Virus record (IMG/VR): IMGVR_UViG_3300012988_000001
Location: 62,001 to 126,000 of that record
Length of the DNA: 64,000 nucleotides
Strand: one strand, 5' to 3'
Positions 38,418 through 46,899 of this stretch are shown piece after piece (position 1 is the stretch's first letter; each line of letters starts with the position of its first letter). Below the pieces are notes generated by a model. That model was not told the origin of the DNA and did not search any database. It was given only the letters and a program-made list of their open reading frames with translations. The translations under genes were made by a program, and so were the position numbers.

Positions 38418-39073
38418 TGTCATCATTGTTTGTTATTCCAAATTTGATTTATTCTGGTAATCCATTCCTACTGAAACGTCTTCATGAAGTTGTTGGTGAA
38501 CAAAACAAAGATTTAGCTCGCAAGACTGTTATGAACGTTAAGTACTGGTACGCTTCTATGCCAGATGAATGCAAAAAGGTTCTACACACTCTAATCGACA
38601 ATAATACCTTTACCATTCGTCAAGGTACGTTCCTTCGTGTTTCCCCATCAGAAGCATACAAGCGTGGGTTACACGCACAGCGTTCTTACGATGTTACTGA
38701 TGTTCGTGGTGTTGGTGGGATTCGTCGGGCTGGTGGTATAATTGGTGTTAAATCAAACGAAGCTCGTAGCTACTCCGAAGCTATGGAACGTGCTGACTTA
38801 TTTTCTGTTTCCTGTGGTGATGGTGATGAGTTCTCATTGATTGACACGAAGAATGATTTCGTATTCCGTGTTACTACTAAAACGATTGCATTGATCGATA
38901 AGGTTGGTAATGACATTGTAGTACTAAATGATAACGACAAACACGCTCTAATCATTTATGGTGCTATCCGTGGAATCCAGAAAGTAAAAGAGAATATGGA
39001 TGCATGGGAGAAACTACGGTTCCAAGAATCCCTCAAAGATAAAATCTTAGAGGTGTACAATGATAAAGAATAG
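38417..39073 (+). CDS. hypothetical protein (tandem family, 2 of 3)
   Basis: Coupled start. Confidence 0.75.
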   Translation: MSSLFVIPNLIYSGNPFLLKRLHEVVGEQNKDLARKTVMNVKYWYASMPDECKKVLHTLIDNNTFTIRQGTFLRVSPSEAYKRGLHAQRSYDVTDVRGVGGIRRAGGIIGVKSNEARSYSEAMERADLFSVSCGDGDEFSLIDTKNDFVFRVTTKTIALIDKVGNDIVVLNDNDKHALIIYGAIRGIQKVKENMDAWEKLRFQESLKDKILEVYNDKE

Positions 39074-39566
39074 GAAGCGTCACGAGTACGATGATTATTT
39101 TTACGGTCTAGTACTTGCAAAGAGTAAAGCATTAGTTCGCTTTGTGAATGAACACACGGCTGGTAGTGATTATGCTCGCAAACAGATTCTTCTTGCGAAG
39201 TATGAACTCAGTAAGCTACATCCGGTTTTACGTGGTTTCTTCATTCGTGCTCTGCACACACCTAATTCGTTCAAATTGAGTGAGAATACTTATCTAACAA
39301 GTTCTCGTGATATTGGTGTTATGTGGGAGATTGAAGACCACAAATCTCCCTATGGGAGTCTTCAGTACAAAATCCAAGACAAGAAAATTATGATGGAATA
39401 TGGACGCTTTAGCTTGACAAGCGAACCACAAGACGTTATGATATACAAAAGTGTGTTCAAGGCATTGAAGGTAAAGAAACAGAATGCAGATGCAATCGAC
39501 TTCAACATCCAGAAACGCCAACAAATTGCAGAATACATGAAGAATTACGGAAATGAATATCCATGA
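39060..39566 (+). CDS. hypothetical protein (tandem family, 3 of 3)
   Basis: RBS GAGGTG. Confidence 0.75.
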   Translation: MIKNRKRHEYDDYFYGLVLAKSKALVRFVNEHTAGSDYARKQILLAKYELSKLHPVLRGFFIRALHTPNSFKLSENTYLTSSRDIGVMWEIEDHKSPYGSLQYKIQDKKIMMEYGRFSLTSEPQDVMIYKSVFKALKVKKQNADAIDFNIQKRQQIAEYMKNYGNEYP

Positions 39567-39871
39567 AATACATAACCCCAGTACTCGTCAATCGTCACAA
39601 AGGCGAGTTTGATATCTATATCGGACGGGGTTCCAAATGGGGCAACCCATTCCCTGAAGATAAAGCAAAGGGGCATACAAGACAGATTGTAGTAGAGATG
39701 TATAGAGACTACCTATACACCGGATTAGAGAATGGGACATTTGAAATAGATGATTTCCTTGAACTATCCGGTTTACGCATAGGTTGTTCTTGTGCACCTT
39801 TAGTATGCCACGGTGACGTAATAATTGAAGTTTTCAATACAATAGTTGAGATGCTAAATGACGCAGAATGA
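39563..39871 (+). CDS. DUF4326-family protein
   Basis: VNRH...DIYIGRGSKWGNPF...LGC.CAP..CHGD pattern. Confidence 0.85.
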   Translation: MKYITPVLVNRHKGEFDIYIGRGSKWGNPFPEDKAKGHTRQIVVEMYRDYLYTGLENGTFEIDDFLELSGLRIGCSCAPLVCHGDVIIEVFNTIVEMLNDAE

Positions 39872-40247
39872 TGTGTATAAACTAATTCGTAGTATGAAGA
39901 CCTGTAATAAGGTCTACGAAGAAGATACATTTTATTCCATCAATGACAAGCACATCTTACAATTTGAATACTGTGTGACAGATGATAGTTGTATTAACTT
40001 TGTCTGTCCTAAAGATGAAAATGGTGATTTCATACTAATTGAGATCACTGAAAGCGGAATTGACTTTACTAAGGTAGGTAAAGGAGGTTCGTCATATTCC
40101 GTTGTGGATTTAAGTACTGAAGATAATTTCTTCCAAACTAGTACAGTCATGGACTTAGGATTTACCTACGATGAACTATATGAGATTCGGATGAACTTTT
40201 TAAAGTACTACAACGGTCTACTTGGTGGAATGACTATTTTTATATAA
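39858..40247 (+). CDS. hypothetical protein, FFQxSTV family
   Basis: C-terminal EDNFFQTSTVMD. Confidence 0.7.
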   Translation: MTQNDVYKLIRSMKTCNKVYEEDTFYSINDKHILQFEYCVTDDSCINFVCPKDENGDFILIEITESGIDFTKVGKGGSSYSVVDLSTEDNFFQTSTVMDLGFTYDELYEIRMNFLKYYNGLLGGMTIFI

Positions 40248-40256
40248 GGAGTTACA

Positions 40257-41504
40257 ATGAGTGATGATCACTTAAAAGGCCAGATCGTAAAACACTACGC
40301 TGGTTCCCACGCTTACGGTACGAGTACTCCAGAAAGTGATGTTGACTTTCGAGGTATTTTCCTTGCCGAAAAGAAATTTGTCCTTACCCCGTTCTTTAAC
40401 GTTAGAGAAGTAAATGACCCAAATGAAGAAGATACCAAATTCTTCGAACTAAGTCATTTTATGGAACTATGCGTTGACGCTAACCCAAACATCCTAGAAA
40501 CTCTATGGGTAGATGAACAAGATATCGTCCAACGAAATGAAATGTATGACCATTTACGTTCATACCGGGACGACCTATTGAGTACTAAGATTGCTTATAC
40601 TTACACTGGTTATGCACACAACCAAGCTACTCGTATGAAAAACCATCATGGGTGGATGGCGAAAGAGCAGGTTGCGGAACGCAGACTACGTGAAATCTAT
40701 GAAAAATATCCGTGCAAACAAGTAATTGATTGGATGTATTCTTACTTCCCTCATTACGTTGTTGACCGCATTGATACTTCTGCTGGTCAGAATGTATATG
40801 TAAAAGGTCTAATTGACTTCGATAAGTTCCTTCGCGATAGCTCACTTCAGCTTATCAGTACTACCTCGTTATCACAGCACCACTTCGTGCGTTTAGTGCA
40901 TAACTACTTACCACAGAAAGTACTTGATCGTGATTTCAACCTATTGAATTACAACCACGGCTATGAACTAATTCACTACGGTGATAACATCTTTGCTATT
41001 ATCCAAAACGAAGATACTAAGACTATTGGTGGTCATGGTGAAATTGTTTGGGATAGTAAGAAAGAGCGTACACCTGAAGAATTAAAAGTAATTCCTTCTC
41101 TAATTGTCAAATTCAACAAGAAAGAGTTTGAAGAACTAAACGAAAATCGCAAGCATTACCACGAATGGAAGAAGAACCGTAACACTAAACGTTCGGAACT
41201 AGAATCCCTAAATGGTTATGATACAAAACACGCTATGCATGTAGTTCGTCTACTACGCACTGCCGAAGAAGCATTAGAAACTGGTGTAGTTAATGTACGC
41301 CGTCCTGATGCAAAAGAACTTCTTGAGATCCGTAATGGTGCATGGAGTTATGATGAGATGTTGGCGTACTTCGAAGCGAAGGACAAATACATCAAAGAAG
41401 TAGCGGTGAAAAATTCATCCCTCCGCAAACGTGCTGACATTAAAGTAGCCGCAAAAGTGATGGAAGAGTTATATGAAATGTATTGGTATAAAGGTAATAA
41501 GTAA
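40257..41504 (+). CDS. RlaP/NrdC.11-type pol-beta nucleotidyltransferase
   Basis: AGSHAYGTSTPESDVDFRGIF, ANPNILETLW, KHAMHVVRLL, ELLEIRNGAW. Confidence 0.88.
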   Translation: MSDDHLKGQIVKHYAGSHAYGTSTPESDVDFRGIFLAEKKFVLTPFFNVREVNDPNEEDTKFFELSHFMELCVDANPNILETLWVDEQDIVQRNEMYDHLRSYRDDLLSTKIAYTYTGYAHNQATRMKNHHGWMAKEQVAERRLREIYEKYPCKQVIDWMYSYFPHYVVDRIDTSAGQNVYVKGLIDFDKFLRDSSLQLISTTSLSQHHFVRLVHNYLPQKVLDRDFNLLNYNHGYELIHYGDNIFAIIQNEDTKTIGGHGEIVWDSKKERTPEELKVIPSLIVKFNKKEFEELNENRKHYHEWKKNRNTKRSELESLNGYDTKHAMHVVRLLRTAEEALETGVVNVRRPDAKELLEIRNGAWSYDEMLAYFEAKDKYIKEVAVKNSSLRKRADIKVAAKVMEELYEMYWYKGNK

Positions 41505-41959
41505 TGAACAAGTTTGAAGAATATAAAATGCATCTAGAAGCTATTAAATCTCTAGTCAAATCTGATGGGGAAGCAATGGTTAAAGGTTTCTTTGAAACCC
41601 TATTTGCAGAGAACAAAGACCTTGATATGGTACTTGTGTATGGTTATACACCGGGCTTTAATGACGGTGAACCATGTACACATAGTCAATACTCAAATTT
41701 TGATGGTGAAGAGATTAATGGCACTGTTGATCTATGGGATATTGTGGATATCGATGAAGATGAAGATGATTGGGAAGAAGCATTAGAGAATATCAATAGT
41801 AAATTATCCCGTGATAATATGCAGAAGATTGAATATGCAATTGATAAGATTGATGATCTTCTAGAGCGTGTTTATGACACAAATTTCTATATCTTGGCTC
41901 GACGTATAGAAGATGGTACTATTGTTCTAACTGTTGGAGAATATGATTGTGGCTACTAA
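41504..41959 (+). CDS. hypothetical acidic protein, paralog of the next gene
   Basis: GYTPGFNDGEPCTH...YDCGY. Confidence 0.75.
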   Translation: MNKFEEYKMHLEAIKSLVKSDGEAMVKGFFETLFAENKDLDMVLVYGYTPGFNDGEPCTHSQYSNFDGEEINGTVDLWDIVDIDEDEDDWEEALENINSKLSRDNMQKIEYAIDKIDDLLERVYDTNFYILARRIEDGTIVLTVGEYDCGY

Positions 41960-42419
41960 TTTCGCAAAACTACTAAAAGATATTGGTTCTAAACGTGATA
42001 CCCAAATTGAACTACTACACGAGGGTGCACGTGAACACGCAGTACAACTCCTAGAGCAGTTCTTTGCTGATCTATTCTCCGAGAACCCAAAACTAACTCA
42101 CGTATTCTGTACTGGCTTTACTCCTTCGTGGAATGATGGCGAAGAATGTTTCCATGACACTCGTACTTATATCCACAATGATCTACAAGGTTGGAGTGAA
42201 ATGGCTGAGTTCCTAGAGTGCAATCTAGGATGGGATGTTGATTACGACGATCCAAGCGAAGAACTACTAGCAGTTAACGCTGATCTATCAGCTAGTGAAT
42301 GTCGTGATATCGATGACCTAATCCCTATTGATGCCATGTCCGAAGCATTAGGTACTGATTGGCTAATCATCGCAACACGTGATGGTGTTGAACTACAGAA
42401 GTACGAGTGTGGATACTAA
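41934..42419 (+). CDS. hypothetical acidic protein, paralog of the previous gene (start approximate)
   Basis: GFTPSWNDGEECFH...YECGY. Confidence 0.75.
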   Translation: MENMIVATNFAKLLKDIGSKRDTQIELLHEGAREHAVQLLEQFFADLFSENPKLTHVFCTGFTPSWNDGEECFHDTRTYIHNDLQGWSEMAEFLECNLGWDVDYDDPSEELLAVNADLSASECRDIDDLIPIDAMSEALGTDWLIIATRDGVELQKYECGY

Positions 42420-42444
42420 TCTAAATCCAAAGGGAAGTATACAA

Positions 42445-42966
42445 ATGTGTGTGTTTCATCATGAAGCACCACAACATAGAATCCCGGATTTAGTACTAAA
42501 ATATGAAAAACCTTCTAAAGTACTAGAACAGTGCGATGAATCTCTTAAACCACTAATCGAAAAGATGCTAAAAGTAATGGTGCATGTTGACGATAGAGAG
42601 TGTGTGATTGATTACAAAGTACGTACTTTAAAAGCTGGTGATACTGGTAGTGGGATTTACGGGTATCACCTTGATTGCTGTAATGATATATGGGATGATT
42701 TTGAGCCTGAAACACATCTCATTTACAGCACAGTTGTTGGTACTAAATTTTTGCTTGACCCAATCGACATAACTGGGTATAATTCTGTTCAAGAAGTATT
42801 AGCTAATACTGAATCGATGGAATACAATGCTCCAGTAGAATGGGTCCATCAGTACACAAGTAAGGTTCTTCACAGTTGTCCAATTGTAGAAGAAGATTGT
42901 CAACGTATATTAATCCGCGTAACTGCGGGTTTCAAAGATAGGATAAAACATGCAAAGCGTAAATGA
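42445..42966 (+). CDS. 2OG-Fe(II) oxygenase-like protein
   Basis: YHLD (HxD) ... LHSC (distal His) ... RILIRV (Arg) spacing typical of the double-stranded beta-helix oxygenases. Confidence 0.55.
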   Translation: MCVFHHEAPQHRIPDLVLKYEKPSKVLEQCDESLKPLIEKMLKVMVHVDDRECVIDYKVRTLKAGDTGSGIYGYHLDCCNDIWDDFEPETHLIYSTVVGTKFLLDPIDITGYNSVQEVLANTESMEYNAPVEWVHQYTSKVLHSCPIVEEDCQRILIRVTAGFKDRIKHAKRK

Positions 42967-43375
42967 TCTAATTGAAGCACTAATGGAAATCTATTTTGAC
43001 GAAGAAAACACAGCAGAACGCTATAAAATCTTTGCAGAAGTTGAAAAAGCGATGAATGAAGCTCGTGCTGTTACTGTTGAGCAGATCGAAAATCTAGAAG
43101 AGTTTCGTGCTCAATTTTCATTTCCATCAATTGAAGAAAAAGACGCTAAAGTACTAGCTAAAATGTCGGTTGCAGTTGCAGAAGCTGCTTTACTTGATGA
43201 AGTGATTTTGACTCGTGAAACTACGATCCAAGATATTTCAGAGATGGGAGATATTGATTCTCTCGACATGGTAGAACTTACAATGATGTTTGAAGAAATC
43301 CTAAACATTGATATTGAACAAGCCCCACCGGAGCCTGAAACAACTATCGGTGATCTACTTGACATGCGTAGTTAA
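42950..43375 (+). CDS. acyl carrier protein-like protein with N-terminal extension
   Basis: GDIDSLDMVELTMMFEE...TTIGDLLD matches ACP GADSLDTVELVMALEE...TTV; phosphopantetheine Ser intact. Confidence 0.85.
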   Translation: MQSVNDLIEALMEIYFDEENTAERYKIFAEVEKAMNEARAVTVEQIENLEEFRAQFSFPSIEEKDAKVLAKMSVAVAEAALLDEVILTRETTIQDISEMGDIDSLDMVELTMMFEEILNIDIEQAPPEPETTIGDLLDMRS

Positions 43376-43381
43376 AAAATT

Positions 43382-43406
43382 AACCCAGCCTTGTGCTGGG
43401 TTTTTT
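43382..43406 (+). terminator. intrinsic terminator
   Basis: AACCCAGC-CTTGT-GCTGGGTTTTTT. Confidence 0.88.
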
Positions 43407-43417
43407 CATATCCATCC

Positions 43418-43423
43418 TAAATA
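43418..43423 (+). promoter_or_regulatory. putative late promoter TAAATA for the spanins
   Basis: Immediately after a terminator and about 28 nt before the i-spanin start. Confidence 0.55.
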
Positions 43424-43450
43424 ATTATACGTAAACTAATGGAGGGAAAT

Positions 43451-43804
43451 ATGAATTTCGAGTTTATTAGAAAATTCTGGAAACCAATAGCAGTACTTAT
43501 TATTGTTATTTGTTCATTCTTTGGTGGTATTAAAACTCATATTGTATATGAGGGATATAAAGAAAACCTAGAAGCCAGAATAGAGAAAAAGTTCGATAAG
43601 GGAATTGCCGAAATGCAAGCACAAGGTGCTAAGAATTTGGTAGATTCACAAGAACTACTTAAGAAAAATAAGGCTGAAATCATTGAGAAAGAAGTCCCAG
43701 TAATTGTTGAGAAAAAGGTATATAAAAACCCATCTCTCGATCAAGACGGTGTGGATGTTCTTAAAAAACTCAAAGAAGAATCAGCCAAAAAGAGGACTAA
43801 CTAA
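43451..43804 (+). CDS. i-spanin (Rz-like)
   Basis: N-terminal TM segment then charged helical periplasmic domain; adjacent to a lipoprotein gene. Confidence 0.8.
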   Translation: MNFEFIRKFWKPIAVLIIVICSFFGGIKTHIVYEGYKENLEARIEKKFDKGIAEMQAQGAKNLVDSQELLKKNKAEIIEKEVPVIVEKKVYKNPSLDQDGVDVLKKLKEESAKKRTN

Positions 43805-44136
43805 TGCGTAAAATTATGCTTGCAATCGTAGCAGGTTTCATGTTATTATTCACTCTTACTGGTTGTGCTCCTAAAGTTGAAGTAAAACCTATCATAGTAC
43901 AAGAAGTCCTTCTCAAGAAATGTACCTCTGACACTCCAGTGCCAGAAATCCCAGCACGTGATGCTGATGGTAAAATAATGCTTGACGAAGAAGGTAAACA
44001 GTTGTATGATGGTAAGGAAACGATGAGAGTACTCATTAAGTGGGATGATATCTACACTGATTGTGCAATGACACATGATGCATTAGTAGATGTTATAAGA
44101 AAACTTCAAGAAGCGAATAAAATCGAAACCAAATAG
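43804..44136 (+). CDS. o-spanin (Rz1-like lipoprotein)
   Basis: Signal peptide with lipobox LTG-C, Pro-rich mature part, late Cys and H..L motif. Confidence 0.82.
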   Translation: MRKIMLAIVAGFMLLFTLTGCAPKVEVKPIIVQEVLLKKCTSDTPVPEIPARDADGKIMLDEEGKQLYDGKETMRVLIKWDDIYTDCAMTHDALVDVIRKLQEANKIETK

Positions 44137-44145
44137 AGGTGATTT

Positions 44146-44790
44146 ATGCTGGGTTATAAAGTAAAGACTGCGTTACCATTAGATGTTATGAAAACTCTTA
44201 AAACTTCTGGTCCTATGACCAGTGCTGAAATTGACGGTGTTAAGTTTAACTATTTCCCAGAAAAAGTTGCTACTTTTTTAAAGAATACTAAATGCATTTG
44301 TTGTGGTATTGAAGCACACGAAGTACGTTTGGAGGAAGGTAAAGGTACTCATGCTATCTTTGGTATGATGCACCTGAACGTATACGCAAGGGCTGAAACA
44401 ACATGGGGTGAGTACTGGGAACTTATGACAGTTGACCATAACATTCTCAAATCACTAGGTGGGCCAGATGTTGAATCAAACTTCAACACCATGTGCCGTA
44501 AGTGTAACCAGCTTCGTGGTTCTCGTTACCCGAATCTTGAAGACTTCCTAGCTCGTTACAAAGAGCATGGTCAGTCCTTGATCACAAGTCGTGCAACGTC
44601 CCTACACCATTACCGTTTGCGTAAGCGTGAAGAGGGTTCAGAAGAGTATCAGGCAATCGTGAAGCATCGCAATGAGATGCGTGAAGCCAAGGTTGCAGAT
44701 TATCTCAGCGGCCTATGTGCGAGCCATGTAGGGGCTTATAACCGTCATAACAAGGCGTTGAAAAAAGCCTTGACAGCCGAAACAAAATAA
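44146..44790 (+). CDS. HNH endonuclease
   Basis: CICCG ... TVDHNILKSLGG...NFNTMCRKCNQLRG. Confidence 0.85.
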   Translation: MLGYKVKTALPLDVMKTLKTSGPMTSAEIDGVKFNYFPEKVATFLKNTKCICCGIEAHEVRLEEGKGTHAIFGMMHLNVYARAETTWGEYWELMTVDHNILKSLGGPDVESNFNTMCRKCNQLRGSRYPNLEDFLARYKEHGQSLITSRATSLHHYRLRKREEGSEEYQAIVKHRNEMREAKVADYLSGLCASHVGAYNRHNKALKKALTAETK

Positions 44791-44798
44791 CCTACACT
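44770..44798 (+). promoter_or_regulatory. sigma70 promoter in the 3' end of the HNH gene
   Basis: TTGACA-17-TACACT. Confidence 0.7.
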
Positions 44799-44800
44799 GA

Positions 44801-44827
44801 AGGAGTCCAACTTGGACTCCTTTTTTT
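44801..44827 (+). terminator. intrinsic terminator
   Basis: AGGAGTCCAA-C-TTGGACTCCTTTTTTT. Confidence 0.88.
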
Positions 44828-44840
44828 ATTGGAAAAAAAC

Positions 44841-45221
44841 ATGAAATGGCTTAGAAAAATATTTGGAGAAAAGAACGTGAGTACTAAATGGTTTTCACAA
44901 GATATAATGAAGCAATTGGCTTATAGTTATGGTACAGTTACTGATTACGGTGAGTGGAATGAAAAGACAGAAGAGTTTGCCCCGGATACCGTTCTAGAAG
45001 TGATTCACAATGAGCAATGCGATTCGACCCGATGGAATAGCGTTCACGATCTAGTTTTTGTTGACAAGTCTACTGGTGTGACGTATCATACACGGTATGA
45101 ACAGGGTCTTACCGAATCACAAATGCTCGAACCTTTTTATTATGATAAAGAGGGTGTTGAATGTGATATTGTTGAGACATGGGAAGAACAAATTACAGTA
45201 CTTAGGTGGAAACAGAAATAA
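44841..45221 (+). CDS. hypothetical protein
   Basis: ATG 44841. Confidence 0.7.
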   Translation: MKWLRKIFGEKNVSTKWFSQDIMKQLAYSYGTVTDYGEWNEKTEEFAPDTVLEVIHNEQCDSTRWNSVHDLVFVDKSTGVTYHTRYEQGLTESQMLEPFYYDKEGVECDIVETWEEQITVLRWKQK

Positions 45222-45610
45222 TGATTAAAGATATCGATTTTTCAGGACTTGAATTTGTTAGTGCAGTAAAGAACATTACTGACATGTACGATGAAAAGAG
45301 TGTGATGTGTACTATTACTTTTTTAAAAGAAGAAGATAGTATTGCTGATAAAACTGGAATTGAAGAATTGGTAGCTCGCCTCGCACTGGAAGAGAATAAA
45401 AAGTACATTAAATTGTCGTATACTTATACTATGGTAGAAAATGAGATTGATACGGAACGCCCTGTGAAGGTACTTTTCTCAGGTATAAATAAACCATACA
45501 GAAAAACCTCCCGGTGCACCGAGGACAGTACTGATCTGTTAGAGGACATTAAATTCATCGATATGATGTTTGAACGTTCCCCTAAAGAGTTGAAACGTAC
45601 CTATCTCTAA
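45221..45610 (+). CDS. hypothetical protein
   Basis: Coupled TAATG start. Confidence 0.7.
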   Translation: MIKDIDFSGLEFVSAVKNITDMYDEKSVMCTITFLKEEDSIADKTGIEELVARLALEENKKYIKLSYTYTMVENEIDTERPVKVLFSGINKPYRKTSRCTEDSTDLLEDIKFIDMMFERSPKELKRTYL

Positions 45611-45614
45611 ACTT

Positions 45615-45643
45615 GGGACAAACGGGTTTTTTTGTGATATAAT
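45615..45643 (+). promoter_or_regulatory. GGGACA-class promoter (copy 4) driving the ncRNA
   Basis: TTGGGACAAACGGG...TGTGA-TATAAT, 17-nt spacer. Confidence 0.82.
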
Positions 45644-45649
45644 ATAGTT

Positions 45650-46135
45650 GAGGAATATCCTCAGTGTATAACCAATCCTGAATGACATGCGAAAGCGTGA
45701 GATTTTGAACCTGATCCTATCGAAAAGTAGATGGCAGTTGAGTAGTTCATTCAGTACGATGTGCAAAAGAAACCCGTCAGAAATAAAGCGTAAGTGTTTG
45801 TCAAATCCAACGAGACAGTAAATCACACGCATCACGGCAATGCGGCACAATAAATGCAGTCATCAGACTTGAACTGCACTAGATAGACATATGAGGCATA
45901 CTCACCCAGTCAAAGGGAGTCTCTTTACGGAGAGACAACAGTATTTGTTGCTGAATTAGCGAGTACTGTATGCGTGTGAGGAACACGACCGTTGTATGCG
46001 ACTGTAGTAGATGGAAACCGGACAACCCGCCATCGTTACTTTTATTTCAAATGGATACCTGTATCCAAAATTTGAGTAAATCTACAAATTCAGATTGGTT
46101 ATACTACCAGTGTCAGGTTTATCCTGATTTTTTTT
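45650..46135 (+). ncRNA. putative large structured non-coding RNA (~480 nt), family unassigned
   Basis: No plausible ORF; own promoter and terminator; 17-bp helix 45666-45683/46088-46104; GAAA and UACG tetraloop hairpins; 10-bp helix 45823-45832/45970-45979; many further stems. Confidence 0.8.
46113..46135 (+). terminator. intrinsic terminator of the ncRNA
   Basis: TCAGG-TTTAT-CCTGA-T8. Confidence 0.7.
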
Positions 46136-46308
46136 CGTCCCTCCCTTGTGGGGGGATGGAATTGGATCTCAAACCGTGTCAAATTTAATTAAAGTCAAAA
46201 CAAACAGTAGTTTGAATTAGTACGATTCATAACGAACGATAGTGAGTTATAGAAGAGTACTAATTCTTAGACAATCGAAGATTGGCTAATCACAAATAAG
46301 GAATTATC

Positions 46309-46899
46309 ATGAAGTCACATGACCTAGCTAGAAAATTATTATCTTTACCAGATTTGGAGGTTTATACTGAATTACAGTATCTAGGAAATCCAAATTGGGA
46401 GTTTAAAACAGAAAAACTCGAAGGTGATATCAAAATCACTCCTACTGGATTATTCCTAGAAACAGGAAAGTTCTATGTAAAAGGGCATTCAGATAAAAGC
46501 CCAAATGACGAACCAGTTATTGGGAGTTACTTAGTGTTCTTCAATGACGGAGTGATACTTAAGGATAGATCAGATGAGCGTCGAGTAGTGACACCAACAG
46601 TTAAATCCCTAAGTACTGGTGAAAGTCGTACTCATGAGTATGGTTCCTATAATATGGAAATCCATGACAACTATAAAGTATTCCATCGTTCACATGATGC
46701 AAATGTAGTACTGGTTACTAATAAAGAAACTTATGAAGCTAACCCACTATACAAAAACGATGATCCTAATTTTGAACATCGTTATGTGGATGACATTGAT
46801 TATGTCAAAGTACTTGTTGCGTATGACCCTGATACTTGGTATCCTACCTATCAACACATGACCTATTGGGATGCAGTGAACTATGGAAAAAGTTTATGA
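46309..46899 (+). CDS. hypothetical protein, paralog of 48335-48871
   Basis: MKSHDLARKLL..PDLEVY; DYVKVLV; RBS AAGGA. Confidence 0.75.
   Translation: MKSHDLARKLLSLPDLEVYTELQYLGNPNWEFKTEKLEGDIKITPTGLFLETGKFYVKGHSDKSPNDEPVIGSYLVFFNDGVILKDRSDERRVVTPTVKSLSTGESRTHEYGSYNMEIHDNYKVFHRSHDANVVLVTNKETYEANPLYKNDDPNFEHRYVDDIDYVKVLVAYDPDTWYPTYQHMTYWDAVNYGKSL

Noticed and set aside
45650-46135. Identifying the large RNA as tmRNA
   Set aside because: No tRNA-Ala-like acceptor/T-arm (no GGGG 5' end, no GTTCRA T-loop stem); the only tag-like frame GCA-AAA-GAA-ACC-CGT-CAG-AAA-TAA lacks the hydrophobic ..AA ending
45650-46135. Identifying it as RNase P RNA or a group I intron
   Set aside because: GAGGAA and AGATGG..ACAACCCG resemble RNase P conserved regions only loosely and in the wrong positions; there are no interrupted exons or recognisable P7 core for an intron
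45970-46188. 72-aa ORF inside the RNA region
   Set aside because: No ribosome-binding site, atypical codon use, crosses the terminator
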